A DNA stretch of 64,000 nt from an uncultured Chloroflexia bacterium. Lineage in GTDB: Bacteria > Chloroflexota > Limnocylindria > Limnocylindrales > CSP1-4. Location of the stretch: assembly GCA_963716025.1 (NCBI GenBank), contig CAVQSY010000003.1, positions 55,059-119,058 on the forward strand, written 5' to 3'. Below, in pieces: positions 46,688-56,557 of this stretch; position 1 is the stretch's first letter, and each line of letters starts with the position of its first letter. Made by a program: the position numbers and the translations under genes. The notes beneath the pieces are model-generated. The model was not told where the DNA came from and ran no database searches. It saw only the letters and a list, made by a program, of their open reading frames with translations.

Positions 46688-47934
46688 CCGTTCACCCCCA
46701 CGCCGATGATGCTCCCCACGAGATACGTGACCGCGGCGGCCGCAGCCCCGATGCCCAGCTGCCGGATGCCACTGAACACGGCCCCCTTGCCCGTGAGCAG
46801 GCTGACCCCGGCGCCCACCCCGAACAGCGCGACCAGCGACAGGCCCAGGCTGACCGCGAACGCCGTCGGCCCGCTCCCGGCCAGGTACGGCAGGACCGGG
46901 ATGATCGCCCCGAGGGCGAACGCGAGGAAGGAACCGAAGGCGGCGCCCCACGGCGAGCCCAGCTCGTCCGGGTCCAGGCCCAGCTCCTCGCGGACGAGCG
47001 CATCGAGCGCGGTGGCCGGGTCCCGGAACATCCGCTCCGCGATCCGCTCGGCCTCCTCGCGCGGGAATCCCTTGGCGACGTAGATCTCGGTGAGCTCCTG
47101 CTGCTCCTCCTCCGGCATGGCCTCCAGCTCCGCACGCTCGAGCTCGATCTGGTGCTCGAACAGCTCCCGCTGGCTCTGCATGGAGATGTACTCCCCCGCC
47201 GCCATCGAGAACGCGCCGGCGAGGAGGCCTGCCACGCCCGCGAGGAGGATGAGCGAGCCCTGGTCCGATGCGCCGGCCACGCCCATCACCAGCGACAGGT
47301 TCGAGACGAGGCCGTCGCTGACGCCGAAGATCACCGCGCGCAACGTCCCCGACCGCCCGCTCCGGTGCCAGGTCTCGCCCCGGGTGACCGCCTCGGCTGA
47401 ACCCGCGTCGCCGCTGCCCACCGGGGGATGCCCGGCGGCGGTGACGCGTCGCACTGCCCCCCGCCGGCGACCTGCCACGAGCGCGGCGGGGTCGTCGCTG
47501 GTGCTGGTCGCGGGTACCCCGGTCGATGACCCACTGGCCGCCGGCTGAACGTCGAGGCGCTTCCAGATCTCCGCGTGCTCACGCTCGTCCGCGGCGATGG
47601 ATTCGATCGCGGGGCTGGCCTCCTGCGAGTCGTAGATCTCGACCTCGTCGCCCTCGAGGGCCTTGACAAGGTCCGACACCGCACGAGTTCCGAACAGGCG
47701 GGCGACCAGGATGATGAACCGGACGCGCATCCGCGGGCGGGCGGCGGGCGGCACGGTGGCGCCCAGCTCGGTGAGACGGGTTGCCCAGATATCGGCGTGA
47801 CGTCGCTCATTGTCCGCGATGTGGCGGAACGCGTCCGCGCGACGCGGGTCCTTCTCGATCCCGGCGAGGGCCTCGTAGAGGGCGACGGCGTCCTGCTCCA
47901 GCCGGAGGTTCTCGAGACTCTGGGCGATGTTCAC
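46684..47934 (-). CDS. mbfA: ferritin-like (erythrin) domain fused to a VIT1/CCC1 iron/manganese transporter (MbfA-like)
   Basis: N-terminus DAVALYEALAGIEKD...ADNERRHADIW...AADEREHAEIW (two ExxH pairs). C-terminus AVIFGVSDGLVSNLSLVMGVAG...AGAFSMAAGEYISMQSQRE...FGSFLAFALGAIIPVLPY. Confidence 0.8.
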   Translation of the reverse strand: MNIAQSLENLRLEQDAVALYEALAGIEKDPRRADAFRHIADNERRHADIWATRLTELGATVPPAARPRMRVRFIILVARLFGTRAVSDLVKALEGDEVEIYDSQEASPAIESIAADEREHAEIWKRLDVQPAASGSSTGVPATSTSDDPAALVAGRRRGAVRRVTAAGHPPVGSGDAGSAEAVTRGETWHRSGRSGTLRAVIFGVSDGLVSNLSLVMGVAGASDQGSLILLAGVAGLLAGAFSMAAGEYISMQSQRELFEHQIELERAELEAMPEEEQQELTEIYVAKGFPREEAERIAERMFRDPATALDALVREELGLDPDELGSPWGAAFGSFLAFALGAIIPVLPYLAGSGPTAFAVSLGLSLVALFGVGAGVSLLTGKGAVFSGIRQLGIGAAAAAVTYLVGSIIGVGVNG

Positions 47935-48032
47935 GACGCAAGGGTAACGAACGTGACCGTTCCCGGCCGGGTCACGTTCCCGCGCGGACCGTGATCAGTC
48001 GCGTGGACGACGGGCACGCCTACACTCTGGCC

Positions 48033-49037
48033 ATGATCGAGCTGCCGCCCCTTCGCTACCTGACCGCCGGCGACGTCACAGCGGCGATGCCGCCCCTCCA
48101 CGAGCGCCTTGCCCTCGCCGAGGTCACCCTCCGCGGCCTGGCCGGTGATGCCGAGCTGCCGGCCAAGATCGGCCTCCACCCGGCGCCGCCCGCGTCGTTC
48201 GCCCATGCGATGCCCGCGAGGCTGCCGGGCAGTGAGGCCGACGGCTCCGGGGACCGGATCGGCATGAAGTGGGTCAGCGGCAACCCGGCCAACAACGCCG
48301 CCGGGCTCGCGGGCATCCACGCGGTGCTCCTGCTCAACGATCCGATCACCACCGTGCCCATCGCGATCCTCGACGCCGGGCCGATCACCGCGCATCGGAC
48401 GGCGGCCATCAGCGGGGTCGCCATCCGGGCCTGGGCGCCCGCTGCCGCAGCCGGACGTCCGCTCCGGGCCGCGCTGATCGGTGCCGGCGTGCAGGGACGG
48501 AGCCACGTACCGGTGCTGGGCCACGTGCTGCCGGGCGTGTCGCTCGCGGTGTACGACCGGGACCCGTCGCGTGCGGCGTCCCTTGCGGAGCTCGCGGCCT
48601 CGACGCCCGGGGTCGGCTCGGTCGAGGTGGCCGCGAGTGCGCGCGAGGCGGTCCGCGAGGCGGATGTGGTGATCACCGTCGCCTCGTTTGTCGCCCCCCC
48701 GGAGCGCCAGGTCATGACCCGCGACTGGCTGGCGCCCGGGGCCCTCGTGGTGCCGGTCGACTACGCCACGCACTGCTCGGCCGAGGTGGCCCGAGATGCC
48801 GGCCTGTTCCTGGTCGACCATCGCGCGCAGTTCCTCGCCAACCGCGACGCCGGCAATTTCGACGGCTATCCGGATCCCGCGATGACCTTCGGCGAGGCGC
48901 TGCTCGCCGGCACGCCGCGGCCCGCCGGCCGCGTCGTGGCGACGCACCTCGGGACGGGTCTCGCCGACGTCGTCTTCGGCGCGGCCATCCTCGAGGCCGC
49001 CATCGAACGAGGACTCGGCGCCATCCTGCCACGCTGA
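48033..49037 (+). CDS. ornithine cyclodeaminase / mu-crystallin family protein
   Basis: ATG at 48033. ...GMKWVSGNPANN...ITAHRTAAISGVAIRAWAP...AALIGAGVQGRSHVPVL...DVVITVASF. Confidence 0.8.
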   Translation: MIELPPLRYLTAGDVTAAMPPLHERLALAEVTLRGLAGDAELPAKIGLHPAPPASFAHAMPARLPGSEADGSGDRIGMKWVSGNPANNAAGLAGIHAVLLLNDPITTVPIAILDAGPITAHRTAAISGVAIRAWAPAAAAGRPLRAALIGAGVQGRSHVPVLGHVLPGVSLAVYDRDPSRAASLAELAASTPGVGSVEVAASAREAVREADVVITVASFVAPPERQVMTRDWLAPGALVVPVDYATHCSAEVARDAGLFLVDHRAQFLANRDAGNFDGYPDPAMTFGEALLAGTPRPAGRVVATHLGTGLADVVFGAAILEAAIERGLGAILPR

Positions 49038-49179
49038 GACACGGCCCTGCCATGCGGGGCTGGGCCGCGGCGCGCGAGCAGCGCACGCGTCCGCCCGCGA
49101 GCGGGTAGCCTGACGCCCGCGCCCCGGCCCGCCGACGTTCGCGTTGCGCGCACCCGAACCCGGGGCGGAGGAGGAGCCC

Positions 49180-51795
49180 GTGGGTCGCGTGCTGCGTGGC
49201 GCGCTCGTGCTGGTCGTGATCGTGGTCGTGGCCAGCGTCGTGGCCGGCGGGGGGCTGATCGCGGCGATCACCGCCTCGGGCCAGCCGCAGCTTTCGGGCA
49301 CGGTCGTGATCCCGGGTCTCGACGAAGCGGTCGAGGTGAGCCGGGACGCCAGCGGGGTGACCCACATCACCGCGGGGACCGAGCACGACCTGTTCCTGGC
49401 CCAGGGGTGGATCCACGCGTCGGAGCGCCTGTGGCAGATGGAGATCTACCGCCGGATCGGCGCGGGGCGGCTCTCCGAGCTGTTCGGCGAGAGCCAGGTG
49501 GCCACCGACTCGTTCATCCGGACCGTCAACTGGCGGGGCGCCGCCCAGCGCGACCTTGGCGCCCTGTCCGCCGCGTCGCGGGCATTGCTGCAGGCGTACA
49601 GCGATGGCATCAACGCCTACATGGACGGTCACCCGTCCGCGCTCGGAACGTCGTTCGTGGTCGCGGGCCTCCTGGGCGGCGAGGGCGAACCGCTGGGCGG
49701 GCTACGCCCGGAACCGTGGGCGCCCCTCGACACGCTGACCTTCGCCAAGCTCCAGGCATGGAGCCTGGGCGGGAACGTCGACACCGAGATCTTCCGGATG
49801 CTGGCCGACGCGCAGCTTGGCGACCCCGCCCTCACGGACCAGCTGTTCCCGCCCTACGCCGCCGGCCAGCCGGTGATCGGCGCGCCGGAGGACGCTGCGG
49901 GTGGGGCGTTCCTGGCACCCGCGCCGACGAGCCGGGCTGCGGCGCTGACGGCGCCCGTCGGCCCCGATGCCCAGGCCTGGACCGAGCTCGGGCGGCTGAT
50001 GGGAGGCATCGGGGTGCTGGCGGGCCTGACGCCGGAGACCAACCTCGTCGGCACCGGCGGCGTGGGCTCCAACAACTGGGTGGTCGGGCCGTCGCACACG
50101 GCGTCCGGCAGCGCGATGCTCGCCAACGATCCGCACCTCGCCTTCAGCATGCCCTCGATCTGGTACGTCAATGGGCTCCACTGCCGGCCCGTCTCCGCGG
50201 CCTGCGCGTTCGACGTGGCCGGCGTCACCTTCCCCGGCACGCCCGGCGTGATCCTCGGCCACAACCAGCGCATCGCGTGGGGCGTGACCAACGTGAACCC
50301 GGACGTCCAGGATCTCGTGGAGGAGCGGGTCGACCCGGCGGACCCGACCCGCTACCTGACCCCAGGCGGCTCCGAGCCGTTCACGCTCCGGACCGAGACG
50401 ATCCGGGTTGCCGGCGGTGACGACGTGACGCTGACGGTTCGCGAGACGCGGCACGGTCCGGTCATCACGGACGTGGACGATCGCCTGAAGACGTCCGGCA
50501 GCCCGTACGTCCTTCGCTGGACCGCCCTGTCGGAGCCCGACCGGATCCTCGAGGCCTTCCTGGACATCGATCGCGCGACCGACTGGACCTCGTTCCGGGA
50601 GGCGCTCCGCAAGTACGGGGCCCCGTCCCAGAACTTCGTGTACGCCGATGTCGACGGGCACATCGGCTACCAGATGCCAAGCACGATCCCCGTTCGCACG
50701 CTTCCCGGTGACACCGGTGCCCGGCCGGTTCCCGGCTGGGACGGCCGGCACGAGTGGGTGTCGTTCGTGCCGTTCGATGACCTGCCCAGCGTGTTCGATC
50801 CCCCGTCTGGCCGCATCGCCACGGCCAACAACCAGGTGTGGTCCGACGGCCCCTTCCTCGGTGACGAGTGGGACCGAGGCGACCGCGCGGCCCGGATCCT
50901 GGAATTGATCGACGCCGCGGGCGACGAGGTCACGCTGGACACGCTCGCAGCCATCCAGGGCGACACGCTGCTCCGGCGCGCCGCACGCCTCACGAGCGCC
51001 GTTCGCGGCCTGGGCCCGACCCCCGCGACCGCCGACGGGCAGACCGTGTACGACGAGATCCTGGCATGGGACGGCCGCTGCGACGTCGACTCGACCGGTT
51101 GCTCGGCATACCTCGTGTTCGAGCTCGCGCTCGTCCGCGGCTTGTTCGATGACGAGCTGGGTCCGCTCGCACGCGACTTCGTCGGGTCCGACACCGCGCA
51201 CGACCTCGCGGCGAGCCTCGTGGGAACCCCTGAGGGTCGCGCGTCGGCCTGGTGGGGCGATGCCAGGACGGGCCGGGAGGGCGACCCGGAGCCGGTGGTC
51301 GCCGCGGCCCTCGATGCGGCCGGCTCGTGGCTGCGCCGCGACCTGGGCAGCCCGCGGCGATGGACGTGGGGCCGCATGCACACCGTGACGTTCCAGGAGT
51401 CGACCCTGGGGACCAGCGGGATCGGCCCCCTGGAGTGGTACTTCAACAGCCCCTCGTACCCGGTGGCGGGCGCGGACGGTGCCGTCGACAACACCTACTA
51501 CCGGCTGTGGCGTGCCTACCCCGATCCGTACGACCCCGACTACGAGCCGGCCGACACGCTGCCGGAGCTGTTCTCGGTGACCAACGGGCCGTCGATGCGG
51601 GCGCTCTACGACCTTGGCGACCTCGATGGCGGGCGCATCGTGACGACCACCGGTCAGAGCGGTCACCCGTTCAGCCGTCACGGGACGGACTTCATCGGGC
51701 CGTGGCTTGCCAATCAGACCGTGCCGCTGCCATTCAGCGCGGACGCGATCAGCGCGGCGTCGGTGGCGAAGTTGGAGCTGACCCCCGCCCATTGA
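49180..51795 (+). CDS. penicillin acylase family (Ntn hydrolase, peptidase S45) protein
   Basis: GGAGGAGGAG then GTG at 49180. Signal anchor VGRVLRGALVLVVIVVVASVVAGGG. QGWIHASERLWQMEIYRR. Beta-subunit nucleophile context GGVGSNNWVVGPSHTASGSAMLANDPHL. Confidence 0.85.
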   Translation: MGRVLRGALVLVVIVVVASVVAGGGLIAAITASGQPQLSGTVVIPGLDEAVEVSRDASGVTHITAGTEHDLFLAQGWIHASERLWQMEIYRRIGAGRLSELFGESQVATDSFIRTVNWRGAAQRDLGALSAASRALLQAYSDGINAYMDGHPSALGTSFVVAGLLGGEGEPLGGLRPEPWAPLDTLTFAKLQAWSLGGNVDTEIFRMLADAQLGDPALTDQLFPPYAAGQPVIGAPEDAAGGAFLAPAPTSRAAALTAPVGPDAQAWTELGRLMGGIGVLAGLTPETNLVGTGGVGSNNWVVGPSHTASGSAMLANDPHLAFSMPSIWYVNGLHCRPVSAACAFDVAGVTFPGTPGVILGHNQRIAWGVTNVNPDVQDLVEERVDPADPTRYLTPGGSEPFTLRTETIRVAGGDDVTLTVRETRHGPVITDVDDRLKTSGSPYVLRWTALSEPDRILEAFLDIDRATDWTSFREALRKYGAPSQNFVYADVDGHIGYQMPSTIPVRTLPGDTGARPVPGWDGRHEWVSFVPFDDLPSVFDPPSGRIATANNQVWSDGPFLGDEWDRGDRAARILELIDAAGDEVTLDTLAAIQGDTLLRRAARLTSAVRGLGPTPATADGQTVYDEILAWDGRCDVDSTGCSAYLVFELALVRGLFDDELGPLARDFVGSDTAHDLAASLVGTPEGRASAWWGDARTGREGDPEPVVAAALDAAGSWLRRDLGSPRRWTWGRMHTVTFQESTLGTSGIGPLEWYFNSPSYPVAGADGAVDNTYYRLWRAYPDPYDPDYEPADTLPELFSVTNGPSMRALYDLGDLDGGRIVTTTGQSGHPFSRHGTDFIGPWLANQTVPLPFSADAISAASVAKLELTPAH

Positions 51796-51825
51796 CGGCC
51801 GGGGGCCGCCGGTACCATCGCCACC

Positions 51826-52791
51826 ATGGCCTCGAACCGCGCGCCGCTGACCGGGACGCTCGCCGCCGTGGTGGCGGCCTCGCTGTTCGGGATGCTGGGG
51901 CCGCTGGCCCGGTTCGGCGCCGATGCCGGCGTCGGAGGGGTCGCGTTCACGGCGTGGCGCGCCCTGCTCGGCGTCGCGTTCCTGGGCCTCCTGATCGCCT
52001 CGCGGGGTGCCGCCCGCTCGTCGCTTGCCGCCGTGCGCGGACTGCCCGGCCGGGGACGGGCATCCCTCGGGATCGCCGCGCTCATGGGCGTGACCCTCAA
52101 CGTGTCCATCTTCAGCGCTTTCGGCCTGGTGCCGATCGCGCTCGCATTGATGCTGTTCTACCTCTACCCCGCGGGCGTGGTCGTCGTGGACCTGGTGCTG
52201 GGCCGGGAGCGCCTGTCCGCGTCCCGGCTGGCCGCCCTGCTGCTCTCGTTCGGCGGCGTCGTGCTCGTGCTCGCGGGCGGCATGGAGGATGCATCCGGCG
52301 CACCGCTCAGCCTGCTGGGGATCGCGCTCGGGCTTGCGGCCGCGGCCAGCCAGGTCGTGTTCATGACCGTCAGCCGCGGTGGGTACTCAAGCGTGCCGGC
52401 GGATGCGGCAACGCTCGTGATCCTCTCCACGTCCGTCGTGGGTGCGGCATTGATCGCGATCCTGGCCGGGCAGGGACCCGACCTGCTGGTGCCGCTGGGG
52501 GACCCGGGTTCCTGGCCGGTGATCCTCGTCGCGGGCGTGGCCGCCGCCGGCGTCTCGTCGCTCCTGTTCCTGACCGCGATCCGAGGCATCGGCGCGACCC
52601 GCACGGGGATCCTGATGCTCCTGGAGCCGGTGGTCGGGGTGCTGCTCGCGGCCCTGTTGCTCGGAGAGTCGCTGGCGCCGATCCAGGTCGTCGGCGGCGC
52701 GCTGGTCCTCGTCGGCGCGCTCGTGCTCCAGGTCCGGTCGGCGCCCGAGCTGGAGCCGATCGCCGAGACCGACGCGGGGCCAGTCGTCTGA
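51826..52791 (+). CDS. EamA/DMT-family transporter
   Basis: Ten predicted TM helices and a duplicated EamA-like architecture (...FTAWRALLGVAFLGLLIA... / ...SSLLFLTAIRGIGATRTGILMLLEPVVGVLLAALLLGE). Confidence 0.8.
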   Translation: MASNRAPLTGTLAAVVAASLFGMLGPLARFGADAGVGGVAFTAWRALLGVAFLGLLIASRGAARSSLAAVRGLPGRGRASLGIAALMGVTLNVSIFSAFGLVPIALALMLFYLYPAGVVVVDLVLGRERLSASRLAALLLSFGGVVLVLAGGMEDASGAPLSLLGIALGLAAAASQVVFMTVSRGGYSSVPADAATLVILSTSVVGAALIAILAGQGPDLLVPLGDPGSWPVILVAGVAAAGVSSLLFLTAIRGIGATRTGILMLLEPVVGVLLAALLLGESLAPIQVVGGALVLVGALVLQVRSAPELEPIAETDAGPVV

Positions 52792-52885
52792 CGTGGGTCC
52801 AAACGCCTGACCAGGCGCTCGGCGGGCGCGCGGCGGTTCGGTGGCTCGGCGGGCGCGCGGCGGGCGCGCGGCGGCTCGGCTGGCG

Positions 52886-52917
52886 ACCGAACGGTGCGTT
52901 CCCGTTCGGTTCTGTTC
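52886..52917 (+). terminator. intrinsic terminator after the EamA gene
   Basis: ACCGAACGG-TGCGTTC-CCGTTCGGT followed by TCTGTTC. Confidence 0.55.
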
Positions 52918-53010
52918 GCCCAGCGATCGGAATGCGGGTGGTTGACCCCACGAGCCCGCCGGTTCCACTCGCAGGGCGAGCGCCCCCGGCGGTGACCGCA
53001 CGGTTCAGCC

Positions 53011-53198
53011 GCCGGGCGAGCGGGCACCGGGCGCCGGGATCGGCGGGGCGAGCGGGCACCGGGCGCCGGGATCGGCGGGGCGAGCGGGCACCGGGCGCCG
53101 GGATCGGCGGGGCGAGCGGGCACCGGGCGCCGGGATCGGCGGGGCGAGCGGGCGAGCGGGCACCGGGCGCCGGGATCGGCCGGGCGAGCGGGCCCGGG
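53011..53198. repeat. tandem repeat, 32-bp unit CGAGCGGGCACCGGGCGCCGGGATCGGCGGGG x5 plus a partial unit (one 8-bp internal duplication)
   Basis: Unit starts at 53017, 53049, 53081, 53113 and 53153 (after the CGAGCGGG duplication at 53145). There are no spacers. The period is not a multiple of 3. Confidence 0.95.
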
Positions 53199-53213
53199 AC
53201 CCCGCAGATGGAC

Positions 53214-53600
53214 CTACGCCTCCTCGTGGAGCTCCAGCGGCCCCTCGTCGACCTCGATCACCACGCGGCCATCCTCGACCCGGACCTCGTAGGCCGCGAG
53301 CGGGAGCTCCGCCGGCGGATCGAGCGGCTCGCCATCGGTCAGGTCGAAGCGCGACAGGTGCAGGGCGCAGGTCAGGGTGCCCGCGGTCAGGAACCCACGG
53401 TCGAGCTCGAAGTACTCGTGCGAGCAGGTCCCCTGCAGCGCGTGGAACTCGCCGTTGACATGGATCACGAGCACCGGGTCGGACTGGTCCACCCAGACCA
53501 TCCGCATCTCCCCCTCCTCGAGCTCGTCGACTCCGAGGAGGTCGATGACCCGGCTCAGGCCGCCGTCGCGGAACCGGCCGCCGCGAGCCCGGCGGCCCAC
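53214..53600 (-). CDS. Rieske [2Fe-2S] domain protein of the suf operon
   Basis: ...DELEEGEMRMVWVDQSDPVLVIHVNGEFHALQGTCSHEYFELDRGFLTAGTLTCALHLSRFDLTDGEPL (CxH ... CxxH). Overlaps the sufD 3' end. Confidence 0.8.
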   Translation of the reverse strand: MGRRARGGRFRDGGLSRVIDLLGVDELEEGEMRMVWVDQSDPVLVIHVNGEFHALQGTCSHEYFELDRGFLTAGTLTCALHLSRFDLTDGEPLDPPAELPLAAYEVRVEDGRVVIEVDEGPLELHEEA

Positions 53601-54961
53601 TTGGCCTCCAGGGCATCGCGCAGGCGGTCCTGCGCCTCCTCGAGGGGAACCCGGGCCACCACCGGCTCCAGGAATCCGAGGACGATGAACTTGCGGGCCT
53701 CGTCGGGGGCGATGCCCCGGCTCTCGAGGTAGAACAGCTGGCTCTCGTCGATGGGACCGACGGACGAGCTGTGCGCCGCGCGCCGGCAGTCCGGCTGGTC
53801 GATCTCGAGCGACGGGATGGCCACCGCGCGCGCCGCCTTCGAGAGGTTCATGCCGAACTCTCCGAGGAAGCTGTCGGTGCCCACCGCGGTCTTCTCGATC
53901 ACGATCAGACCCTTCATGTAGCTGCGGGCCTTGTCGAACAGCACGCCCTTCGAGAGCAGCTGGCCGGTGGTGTCGCGCCCGACGTGGCGGGTATACGAGG
54001 TCAGGTCGTGCAGCTGGTCCTCGGCACCGAACACGATCTCGACCTGCTCGACGACGCTCCGATCGCCGGCGAGGACGTTGTCGACGCGAGAGCGGACGAG
54101 CCGGCCGCCCAGCTGGGCCAGGGCCCAGCGCAGGTCGGCGCCCTCCCCGATCTCGGCTCGGCGCTGCTGGAACACCACGTGGTCCGGGCCCAGCTCCTGG
54201 AGCGAGGCCATGGCGAGCCGGGCATGCGCACCGAGCCGGATCTCGGTGGTGGAGGAGAGCAGCGCCTGCGATCCGGCGACCGCCGCGTCACTCGCGACCA
54301 GCTCCTCCACGATCGTGGCCTCCGCGCCATCCTCGAGGACCAGGAACGTGCGCCCGATGAGGGTCCGCGGAGCGCCCAACGACCAGCGCACGACGATCGG
54401 GCGCTCGACCCGGACGCCGGCCGGCACGTGGACCACGACGCCGGTCGTCCAGGCCGCGCGGGACAGCTCGGCCAGCTTCTCGTCCCGGGGCAGGAGCGGC
54501 GCACCCTCGAGGAGCGATCGCGCCAGCGCCTCGTCGGACGCCACGAGCTCGGGCAGGGTCAGCAGGCGCACGCCGTCGGCCGCGGCCCGGGCGTCCAGGG
54601 AGCGCGCGATGGCGCCCTCCTCGCCCATCTCGATCAGCCCGGCGACGTCGTCTCCGGGCGTGCCCTCCGCTCCCTTTCCGGCCGGCGACGTGAACGGCAG
54701 CGCCCCGTCGAGCGACGCGGCGCGCAGGTCCAGGTACGGCGTGTACAACCGGTTGCTCTCCACCGGGAGCGCCTCGAACGCCGCCAGGGCGGCGAGGCGG
54801 TCCTCACGCAGCCAGGCTGGCTCGGCGGCCGCCTCCGAGATCGCGTCGACCAGGGCCCGGTCAACAAAGCTGAACGGCAGGTCCGCGGGCGCCCGGCGCG
54901 GGGCGTGTACCGGGCGCGCGGGGCTCGTCGGAAGCGACGAGGGTTCGGCGACCTCCGTCAT
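53555..54961 (-). CDS. sufD: Fe-S cluster assembly protein SufD
   Basis: Intact 468 aa. ATGA overlap with the sufB stop. C-terminal blocks [25 protein letters not shown]...[37 protein letters not shown]. Confidence 0.85.
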   Translation of the reverse strand: MTEVAEPSSLPTSPARPVHAPRRAPADLPFSFVDRALVDAISEAAAEPAWLREDRLAALAAFEALPVESNRLYTPYLDLRAASLDGALPFTSPAGKGAEGTPGDDVAGLIEMGEEGAIARSLDARAAADGVRLLTLPELVASDEALARSLLEGAPLLPRDEKLAELSRAAWTTGVVVHVPAGVRVERPIVVRWSLGAPRTLIGRTFLVLEDGAEATIVEELVASDAAVAGSQALLSSTTEIRLGAHARLAMASLQELGPDHVVFQQRRAEIGEGADLRWALAQLGGRLVRSRVDNVLAGDRSVVEQVEIVFGAEDQLHDLTSYTRHVGRDTTGQLLSKGVLFDKARSYMKGLIVIEKTAVGTDSFLGEFGMNLSKAARAVAIPSLEIDQPDCRRAAHSSSVGPIDESQLFYLESRGIAPDEARKFIVLGFLEPVVARVPLEEAQDRLRDALEAKWAAGLAAAGSATAA

Positions 54962-56362
54962 CCGAGCGACCCCTCCATCTCCAGCTTGACCAGGCGGTTG
55001 AACTCGATCGCGTACTCCATCGGGAGCTCCTTGGTGAACACCTCGAGGAAGCCCTGGATGACCAGGTTCTGCGCCTCGTTCTCGGTCAGCCCACGGCTCA
55101 TGAGGTAGAAGATCTGGTCGGCCGAGATCTTCCCCACCGTCGCCTCGTGGGTCATCGTGGTGTCGTCTTCCTGGATGTCGATGTACGGGTAGGTGTCGCT
55201 GCGGCTCTGATCATCGAGCATCAGGGCATCGCATCGCACGCTCGCCGTGACGCCCGTCGCCCCGGGCGCGATCCGCAGCTGGCCCCGATAGGTGGCGCGG
55301 CCGCCGTCCTTGGACACGGACTTGGACACGATCCGGGAGGTGGTGTTCGGGGCGAGGTGGATGGCCTTGGCGCCGGTGTCCTGGTGCTGCCCCTTGCCGG
55401 CAACCGCCACCGAGATGACCTCGGCCCGGGCGCCCTCGCCACGCAGGTAGATCGCGGGGTACTTCATCGTGAGACGGGAGCCGGTGTTCGCGTCCACCCA
55501 CTCGACGGTCGAGTTGGCGTGCGCGTGGGCCCGCTTGGTGACCAGGTTGTAGACGTCGTTCGACCAGTTCTGGATGGTGGTGTAGCGGACCTTGGAGCCC
55601 GGCAGCGCGACGACCTCGACGACGGCGGCATGCAGCGAGTCGGTCGCGTAGATCGGCGCCGTGCAGCCCTCGATGTAGTGGACCTTGGCACCCTCGTCGA
55701 CGACGATCAGCGTCCGCTCGAACTGGCCAGTGTTCTCGCCGTTGATGCGGAAGTAGGCCTGGAGCGGGAGCGGGACCTCGACGCCCTTGGGCACGTACAC
55801 GAACGAGCCGCCGGACCAGACCGCGCGAGTTGAGCGCGGCGAACTTGTTGTCCTCGGGCGGGACCACCGTGCCGAAGTACTGCCGGAAGATCTCCGGGTG
55901 CTCCTTGAGCGCCTGGTCGGTGCCCATGAACACCACGCCGATCTTGGACAACTCCTCGCGCACGGAGTGGTAGACCACCTCGGAGTCGTACTGGGCGCCG
56001 ACGCCGGCGAGGAACTTGCGCTCGGCCTCGGGGATGCCCAGCTTCTCGAACGTCGCCTTGATCTGCTCCGGGACGTCGTCCCAGGACTTCTCCTCGCGCT
56101 CGGACGGCTTGCGGTAGTAGACGATCTTGTCGAAGTCGATGGCATCGAGCGCGCCGCCCCACTTGGGCATGGGGCGCTTGAGGAAGTGGTCGTACGCGCG
56201 CAACCGGAACTGGAGCATCCACTCCGGCTCCTCCTTGAACCGGGAGATCTCCTCCACCGTGTCGCGGGTGAGGCCGCGCTTGGTCTCGCGCAGGTACACG
56301 ATGTCATCGTGGAACGCGAACTGGTCGCGCTCGTCCTTGACGAGGTCACGGGTCGAGGTCAT
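54958..56362 (-). pseudogene. sufB: Fe-S cluster assembly protein SufB with one +1 frameshift near 55825
   Basis: N-terminal part in ORF 55211..56521 ([20 protein letters not shown]...[13 protein letters not shown]). C-terminal part in ORF 54958..56349 ([28 protein letters not shown]...[10 protein letters not shown]). An extra base lies within CGCGCG at 55822-55827. Confidence 0.9.
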
Positions 56363-56557
56363 CGCAGCTCCGTTCGCGGCCACAGGGCCGACGGCTGGGG
56401 TCCGGTTGAGTGGTGGCGGGTCGAGAGGGAGCGCCGCGACCCCGGGGACGCGGGGCCGCAGGCTAATCCCTAGTGGAATTATCGGAATTACCGGCCGATC
56501 CGTCAACGACGACCCCGGCACGCGCCCCGTGCGAGCCCGATGGTCCGCCGATCCCGC

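Noticed and set aside
53011-53198. Possible CRISPR array, given the regular 32-bp repeats.
   Set aside because: The units abut each other with no unique spacers. The repeat is not palindromic in the CRISPR manner, and no cas genes are in the window. It is a plain tandem repeat.
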